Source: Macrostomum lignano (lineage: Eukaryota). From it: DNA of 64,000 nt. Positions 55,843 to 64,000 of the stretch are shown here, piece by piece. The stretch spans positions 298,609 to 362,608 of the forward strand of contig NIVC01000542.1 of the NCBI GenBank assembly GCA_002269645.1, given 5' to 3'. Each line of letters opens with the position of its first letter. Position 1 is the first letter of the stretch. Made by a program: the position numbers and the translations under genes. The notes beneath the pieces were generated by a model. The model was not told the origin of the DNA and searched no databases. It was given only the letters and a program-made list of their open reading frames with translations.

Positions 55843-57066
55843 TGTTGGGAGTTGCTCAGCCCGCTCTGTTTCCGGTTTAGTTAAAAAAACTTTGTAAAAC
55901 CGAGTCTCTTGTATTGATAAGTAGGCAGTTTTGCATGGCTTTTCGGTTATTTACATTTTTATTTCTACGAGTGAATCCAATAATATGTAACTTGATTGTA
56001 AATAATGCGGTGCTGTCTCACTTGCTACATTGGTACTTCAGGCACAGCTCAACAAAAAGTACTAGCGCTGCACACTAATATTTATGTTTTGCATGCTTTT
56101 GGTATGCACTGAATTATGTACTACATGTCTTCTGTTGAACTATTACGCTCGTAATATGCATTTCTTTAGTCTCTATTTAGTGTGAATGACATTCACGTTT
56201 CTATGGTTCTGCACTGCATTGATATTTTATCGTAATTTTATTTTCTTTTTTTTCAAAAGTAAGGAAGGCGTACTTAAATGATTTGTACTAATGTTTTAAA
56301 CGTTGGTTACTTTAACAATTAATTGCATTAAATATAATCAATTGGTCAAACCGCTATTCTCCTTTATCTATTTATTTTTATAGCGTTATCCAATTATATT
56401 TAAATGTGCTGGTTTTTGTTTTGTTCCTGGTTGTATTTAAGCATTAAGTTTATCAAGTACGTATACTTAAAAAATGATGTTAGACCAAGTTATAATAATT
56501 ATGAAAAACAGTAACAATAATAATTACCGCAAGGTTATGGGCGCCTTTGGAATAATGCTCTAGACGACGAAGTCCCACAACCAGGGCTAATGCAAATTTG
56601 CCTATTTCGCTGACTCCTGAGCACATGCCAGTACAAGAAAGGTACCATTGTTTAGTACATGCCTGTTTAGTTTTGTTTAGTTTTTGCCTAGTACCACTAT
56701 ACTGTACTGTGAATACTACAATCATCAATCGTCCTTGTACTTAAGTGGGTGTATATGTCCCCAGGCATGTTATGATGATCAACGCGGGTTGATCCGTGCA
56801 GTGTTTAAAACAAATTTCTTTTTTTCTGAGACTAAGTTGTAGATATTTTCTTGTTAACAATGATTGAAAAAAGTACATTTTTTATTTATACGTTTTATAT
56901 ATTATAAGTAGGCTTATATTTGCTAAAGGTTTTAATTTCGGCTTAAACTACAGAAGACTTTCTATTAAATATTGTTAACATAAATTTTACTTCAGCGAAA
57001 GAAAAACCCAAATTTCGGTGAAACACTAATTATTAGCATTGTAAGTCTGTTTCTCTGTTTAAAGCA

Positions 57067-57289
57067 ATGAGTGTGTGCCGAAGAGCTGCTATAACAGCTA
57101 ATTCTTCATTGGCAAAGGTAGCTTCGATCCCTACTCCCTTTTCTAAAAGCCCAATTCCTTTTTTGCCTCCACCCAAGCATGTAAAATTCGATTATGGTGT
57201 CCAAGTTGCTCTTACTCGTCAAAGAGCAAAATCATTTTCACCATTTCTATCTACACCTACGAACATGTCTGTCATTGCTGGTTTTCAAG
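57067..57289 (+). CDS. UQCRFS1: Rieske Fe-S protein, exon 1 (mitochondrial presequence)
   Basis: MSVCRRAAITANSSLAK..SVIAGFQ G|gtaaat; basic, Ser-rich, almost acid-free; phase 1 matches the acceptor at 60818 giving ..[15 protein letters not shown]. Confidence 0.72.
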
Positions 57290-57892
57290 GTAAATTATTG
57301 ACACATTGTAATAATATGAAGATGAAGTCATCACACTTGGCTTACATTTACAATCACATGTATTTCGTTTCTATCCCCACATTTTGAGCAAATACTCGAA
57401 TATTAATCTGTGGTACAATTAGTTGTGCCAACCAATTGCCATTGGCAACTAATGACCAATTTATTCCATAATTTTTGTACTAATGCCAAGGTAAAGCAAA
57501 GACAAGTAAAATTACAAGTAAATCAAGTAAGATAAGTAGAAATTTCTGATTAAATGATGCAAGTTCAAAGAAAATCAGTTGAGCTATTTTTTCTAAAATT
57601 GATCACATGCACATATACTAATATACAATTTTTAGTATATGGATTTATTTATTTAGAAATTGAAATCAATATATCATCATATTCTGTCATTCATATGCTA
57701 AAAGTAAGATTAAGAACACAAGAGCAATAAAAAGGCAAAAATCAAATTAGAATAATGTATATGAAAATGAATTTTAGATTTAAATTAAATTCTTACTGTA
57801 GTGTATATTATGTATAGATAGGTATAGCCTATTTTGGCAAAATATTTTTTGGCAAAAAAGTTTTTGTGAAGTGATTTTTTAGTTTACATCCA

Positions 57893-58389
57893 CACTCTCA
57901 AATCTGTTATATGGTACGCCGGAAAAAATGACCCTTTACACCATAAATGTAAGTTTACGCCAGAAAAAAATTTTGTACATGTATATGTACGCTGGAATGA
58001 AATTGCAACGTTACGCCTAATTGAAACTCAAATTTTAGGTCCCTTTTCTTTTTGAGTAAAATTACTTTTTACTTTAATAAACACGAAAATCTGAGAATAA
58101 ATAAATAGTAACTGTTGTATAGTGTTTCTTGTTTTGTATTTTGTTTTAACATTTTGTTCATAAAAACATTTTTAAACGTTTTTTGTACGTCAATTAAATA
58201 TATAATACGTGAATATGTCATTTTATATGTCTACTGCCACGCCAGACATCTACGCCAGACACCGATATGCCGGCGCAGTGGCGCACAATTGGCATAGCTG
58301 TTGTGTTACGCCAGATGTTATACGCCAAGCATTTTTTAAGGTCTACTGTACGCCGGAATTTTCCGGCGTATATGTAAGATTCGGGAGTG
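57893..58389. mobile_element. About 500-bp MITE with CACTC termini and TACGCCGG motifs
   Basis: cactctcaaatct..tacgccggaaaa vs rc cactcccgaatct..tacgccggaaaa; no clear TSD. Confidence 0.65.
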
Positions 58390-58886
58390 GAGGTTTACAT
58401 AGATATATACTTTTGGCAAAAAATGACCAGTTTGACAAAAGGATAGGCTACTTATAACTTATAACTACAAATATACTACTTTGATAATTGTAACTTTAAA
58501 ATATTATTTATTGACTGCCTTGCACATATTTTCAATTTATACATTTAAAAACTCACAACTTAGCTAGTATGGTAGCTATGTTATATAGTATATGCTTATA
58601 GTGCAATTGATAGATTAGGGATAACAGTGTGGTTTTTTAGTTCCAGTTTTTTATTTTACTTTGAAATCTTGTTGTAATGGAATAACACCTAAAAATAACA
58701 TTTTACTAATCATATCATATATGACAATAAAATAGTCTGTTAAAGTTCATCTTTTATCATTTTGACTTTTTGAAACAATAGATACTTTGTTCTTTTCTGA
58801 AGCTTGGATTAATCTCAACAAATCATTCATTAAAATGGGCTAGCTTTAGACAAAATGGTCACTATAAAAGTAAACTCAGTTAGTAT

Positions 58887-59165
58887 ATCATACATATGCA
58901 ACCCTACTGATTTACATTGGCTATGTGACTTACTTTTTGACAAAAAATGTGACTTACCTATAAAAGAAACCAAAAGCATAATTAATATAATTTTGGGTAA
59001 ATGGCTAGAGTAACTATAACTGTCTTATTAGGGCTAAATGCCTCATCATCTAATCAGTACTTCATTTATATTCTTTGGAATAGGCATTTTTTGTGACTTA
59101 CCCCTGGTCCACCACAATTTTCGGTAGCCAGATCGGCCAGGTCAGCCAATATGGGCAAATGCAGT
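58887..59165 (-). mobile_element. Hypermutated copy of the element at 17511-17921
   Basis: Aligns to the reverse complement of about 17575-17875 with loss of most CpGs. Confidence 0.8.
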
Positions 59166-60818
59166 AGATAGAAACTTAGTAAGGCTTACTAATTTCTAAT
59201 AAAATAATTAAATATACAAAAATAAAAGATAGCCACAAAGATTCTTCATTATAGAATAGGCAATGGCTAATTTGTTCAATTTATATAGCTAGCTTAAACT
59301 TTGAGCTTCAATATTTGCTATTTAAATAAGCTAAATTTTAGATTTTTAGATTTTATATTTTATAATAAAATCATAGATATGCAATAGATAAAGGCCATTG
59401 GCATAGTCAAGAAAGTGGCTTTTGCCATAGAAAATTCTAGCATATAAGTGTTATAGCACTAATGACTAATAGTGCATTTTATTCTTGTAAGATATTCCCA
59501 TAGACATGCTGGGAGATTTGTACTTTATAGGTATAGGCTTAAAGCTAGTGAATGCTAGCTAGAAAATATACAAGTGCATTATAGAGCTAAGAGCTCATTT
59601 TGAGTTTTGAACACATAGTAATTTGTATCTCACAACTTCATTCTAGTTTATCAAAGAAGCATAGAACACAACAATAGGGGGTCCTTAATATACTTGGTTA
59701 GTGTACATATATAATCATAAGACCTTAAAGTCTAGTGCACACTGGGCTCTTTTGTGCATATAAGAGTAATGCAAAACAGTTTTGGCTAATTTTTGTAGAT
59801 AAATATAGTTATTTATCAATTTATCTAGTGTTTTAATTGTTTAATTTCTATATATGTTTTATAAGAGTTATAATACAACAAAAAGTAGCTTATTCTGGCA
59901 TACAAAAATTTGTTAGTGTATACTAGCATACAAAATTTATATCTCAAAGCTACATTCAGTATAGATTGGCATACACTAATGCACACTAATATCAATGACA
60001 TATACTTCAGCACCATCAGAGAAGATTCTATCTATGGTTCCCATTTTTTGAAAATGCAAGTAAAGTTTCTCAATGTTTACAAATAACAGAACTTAGCCAT
60101 ATTGCAGCAGACTTAAATTGAAGAATAAGATAGAGGAGCAGTTGCAAGGGTTGTATAGATTAAGGCTACTCCAATCAGTTTTCTTATATCATTATGTTTT
60201 TTACTTTTCAATGGTATACTAAGCTTTCATGGTCCTTTAATCTTGATAATTAAGGAAGCTAAAAAAATGGTACAATATGCATTAGACTGCCAGTTGTCAA
60301 TTAGTCACTGTTTCAGTTTTCATCTTTTAGTAACTAACAACTAGAATGCTATTGGAAATTTTTTATTTAGAAAAAATAGTTACATTTAACAGATTTGAAG
60401 TTTTACAAAGTATAACTTTTTTATATTAATTATATATAGATTCTGTTTAACTATGATAAAACTAAAAAAACTTGAAATTTATGTGATTTAAGACAAATGG
60501 TTAGTTTTGTAGTTTTATTTATATTATATAACTAATAAATCCTGTATAGCTTACTAATAAAATATTGGCTGGTACATTAATGATATTGTAGTGCAGGGCG
60601 AAAAAATGGAACCTATCTACTCATACCAGTTTAACTGTTGGCTTTCTTATTTTCATGCAATTTAGCTCGTAAGATCTATATAAGTAAATCTATGTAAAAT
60701 AATTTTATGTCCTATGACTGTTTAAATAGCCAGCATTTGCAACTGGCCTGTGGTAGCTCAACATAGTAACATCTTGAGTAAGTGATAATCTATTCATATT
60801 TTATTGCTGTCACCCCAG

Positions 60819-61436
60819 GCGGGCAGCAGGTTCGCTACGCCCACACGGACGTGTGCAAGTACCCCAACTTCGATTACTACCGCCGCGACTCCACGCGCGA
60901 TCCAACCAAGAGCCAATCCGAGACCGAGGTTGACCGCAAGATGGTCAGCTACCTTGTGGTCGGCGTTGGCCTCTCCGTGTTCGCCGTGGGCGCCAAGCAG
61001 CTGGTGCGGGCCACGGTGAACTTCCTGAACCCCAGCAAGGCGGTGCTGGCCGTGTCCAAGCTGGAGGTGGACCTGGCCAGCATTCCGAAGGCAAGAACGC
61101 CGCGTGTTCAAGTGGCGCGAGAAGCCGCTGTTCATCCGGCACCGCACGGACGCGGAGGTCGACTCCGTTGCCAGCGTGTCGTTGGAGGAGCTGCGCGACC
61201 CCGAGACTGACCAGGATCGGGTGAAGGACCCGAAGTTCCTGGTGCTGCTGGGCATCTGCACCCACCTGGGCTGCGTGCCGATCTCGCACGCAGGCGAGTA
61301 CGGCGGCTACTACTGCCCCTGCCACGGCTCGCACTATGACGCCAGCGGCCGTATCAGGAAGGGCCGGCGCGCCGCTCAACCTGGAGGTGCCGCCCTACAG
61401 CATCAGCGACAGTGGCGTGTGCTGGTTGTCGGCTGA
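60819..61436 (+). CDS. UQCRFS1: Rieske Fe-S protein, exon 2 (three indel clusters)
   Basis: VRYAHTD, TM helix, [14 protein letters not shown], [14 protein letters not shown] and PLNLEVP appear across three reading frames. Confidence 0.9.
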
Positions 61437-62186
61437 GCGCCCCGGCTTCTGGCCGGACTCCCGAGCTGGTCACCGCAAGAATTGTAACCCCCAGGACCGC
61501 GGTTTCAAGCTTGTGTGCGAGTCTAGACAGGAGTTCGGGCGCGCTAACAGTAGCTAAATAGTTTTAGATTTGTCCCCAGCGAACTCCCCAGACCCATCCT
61601 AGCTCTTTGATTTTGGTTTAACTGTTGCGCTCGCAGTGACCTGTTTGCTGCCCTCATTCTGTCCAGCTATAATGAGAGGCCGCACGCGTACCATACTACT
61701 TACCGTATCGACTCTGCTAGTAGTGCGTCTGCTTAGATTAACAAAATATTCTAAACAAATTTGTCTTATTAAGTCTCAGTTCGCTCACCTGGTTTCTACG
61801 TGTTTGCTGGATCAGCACTCAAACACCAGCTTAGGTGAGTTTTATTGCGAAAGCTTATCCGACCGCGCTAATAACGTTAGTGACGAGTTTTCTGCGGCTG
61901 TTTTTGTCGAGTGAAAAGTAAAGAAAGGCGAGCAAAGTCTTAAATATACGATAATATATAATATTCCTCATGCAGTGAACATCCCTCCCTCCTAATAAAA
62001 CTTTCTGGCACCCCGGATCTTTGCTTTGAGATTCGTAAATCCGGACGAATGACCATATTGTTTATTGAATTTAATATGGACTCCAAATAGCAGATTTTGT
62101 ACCAGTTTTGAAGACAATTAAAGTAGCAGTAAGTTGCTCACTCCGGACTACTCTGCGCCTTATACAGAAGCAGTTGCCATTGTTTG

Positions 62187-63925
62187 TTAAGCAGTTTCTC
62201 TTGCTTCTCTGGCCACCGGTAATGCGGAGGAACCGGGAAATTCGTGGGCAGGCAGTGGGTGTGGCAAACTAAGTGCGGTACATTTTAGTTTTCCATGCTG
62301 CAAAAGGGACACTTGGTTCCGACGGTCGCCTCGCGGGAAGCAGGGTCTGGTAAATTAGCCATGGCCCCGGAAGGTCATTGTGATCGAGCCTCCGAGTTTT
62401 ATTCAGATTGGTGGTAGCTGGAGGTGTTCGCCTACCTAGTCTTGTGTCGGGTGCCCGCCCCGTCGGCTATTTCGGTGATTAATGACTCTGCAGGGGATGA
62501 AGACCATGGTCGCTGAGAGTCTGCGACCGGGCCAGGATTGCCATGGGGGTTGATACTTCATTTGAGTTGGCGCCAGTATCAGTACCATGGGCGCCAGTAT
62601 CAGTAACCATGGCGCCAGTATCAGTACCATGGGCGCCAGTATCAATACCATGGGCGCCAGTATCAGTACCATGGGCGCCAGTATCAGTAACCATGGCGCC
62701 AGTATCAGTACCATGGGCGCCAGTATCAGTACCATGGGCGCCAGTATCAGTACCATGGGCCAGTATCAGTACCATGGGCCGCCAGTATCAGTACCATGGG
62801 CGCCAGTATCAATACCATGGGGGCCAGTATTAGTACCATAGGCGCCAGTATCAGTACCATAGGCGCCAGTATTAGTACCATGGGCGCCAGTATCAACCCA
62901 TGGGCGCCAGTATCAGTACCCATTGGGCCGCCAGTATCAATACCATGGGCCGCCTGTATCAGTACCATTGGGGCCAGTATCAATACCATGGGGGCCAGTA
63001 TCAGTACCATAGGCGCCAGTATCAGTACCATGGGCGCCTGTATCAGTAACCATGGCGCCAGTATCAATACCATGGGCGCCAGTATCAGTACCATGGGCGC
63101 CAGTATCAGTAACCATGGCGCCAGTATCAGTACCATGGGCGCCAGTATCAATACCATGGGCGCCAGTATCAGTACCATGGGCGCCAGTATCAGTAACCAT
63201 GGCGCCAGTATCAGTACCATGGGCGCCAGTATCAGTACCATGGGCGCCAGTATCAATACCATGGCGCCAGTATCAATACCATGGGGGCCAGTATTAGTAC
63301 CATAGGCGCCAGTATCAGTACCATAGGCGCCAGTATCAACCCATGGGCGCCAGTATCAGTACCATTGGGCGCCAGTATCAATACCATGGGCGCCTGTATC
63401 AGTACCATGGGCGCCTGTATCAGTACCATTGGGGCCAGTATCAATACCATGGGGGCCAGTATCAGTACCATAGGCGCCAGTATCAGTACCATGGGCGCCA
63501 GTATCAGTACCATGGGCGCCAGTATCAACCCATGGGCGCCAGTATCAGTACCATGGGCGCCAGTATCAGTACCATATGGGCGCCAGTATCAATACCATGG
63601 GCGCCAGTATCGATCAGTACCATGGGCGCCAGTATCAGTACCATGGGCGCCAGTATCAGTACCATGGCGCCAGTATCAGTACCATGGGCGCCAGTATCAG
63701 TACCATGGCGCCAGTATCAGTACCATGGCGCCAGTATCAGTACCATGGCGCGCCAGTATCAGTACATGGGCGCCAGTATCAGTACCATTGGGCGCCAGTA
63801 TCAGTACCATGGGCAGTACTTGTAACTTTGGAGCGCCATAATCTGCTGTCAGCCGATGGGACATGGCGCCCCCTTACCTTCAAGCCGCCCACGGAAGGAA
63901 CTGCAGCCCTGGAGGCAAGGGGAAG
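62187..63925 (-). CDS. Partial gene of unknown function, putative last three exons (63878-63908/63925, 62436-62520, 62187-62346)
   Basis: Phase-consistent chain GAAG|gtaag, gtcgcag|..AG|gtaggc, 89-nt intron, ttaccag|..ETA*; no recognisable domain. Confidence 0.42.
62569..63817. repeat. 21-nt minisatellite, about 59 copies, with many 1-nt indels
   Basis: Unit gggcgccagtatcagtaccat; lies in the putative intron 62521-63877. Confidence 0.96.
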
Positions 63926-64000
63926 CTGGAAGAGTTTAACAAATTAGCATTTTGAGCCACCGCATGGGCAAACGATCTGTTTGTAGCGGCCATGCAGTTT

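Noticed and set aside
62436-63947. Hydrophobic (MVLILAP)n and (MGASIST)n ORFs
   Set aside because: 21-nt repeat with frequent 1-nt indels, so no frame is maintained.

Overview
Eukaryotic (animal) DNA with spliceosomal introns, GC3-rich exons, minisatellite-filled introns and decayed DNA transposons. TTAGGG repeats, an unclustered Hox gene and the repeat landscape suggest a free-living flatworm such as Macrostomum (inference only). Genes, left to right: (1) a minus-strand coiled-coil/repeat gene whose single exon of at least 13,467 nt runs off the left edge and is absent from the ORF track; (2) a two-exon labial/Hox1 gene; (3) a short disordered minus-strand ORF; (4) a three-exon N-terminally membrane-anchored protein; (5) proteasome ATPase PSMC2/Rpt1, 433 aa; (6) a shugoshin-like gene; (7) Rieske UQCRFS1 with three indel clusters; (8) a partial minus-strand gene at the right edge. 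Mobile DNA includes a Penelope-like element with a hammerhead-like motif inserted in a 24-nt satellite, hAT, P-like, Harbinger-like and CMC-like MITEs, and a mariner relic. The most unusual signal is that old transposon blocks are nearly CpG-free and also show C>T/G>A changes ending in TpA, resembling fungal RIP, while housekeeping exons and young repeats stay CpG-rich. Second, intronic tandem arrays amplify splice-site sequence itself. No CRISPR, rRNA or tRNA was seen. All coordinates and counts were done by hand.
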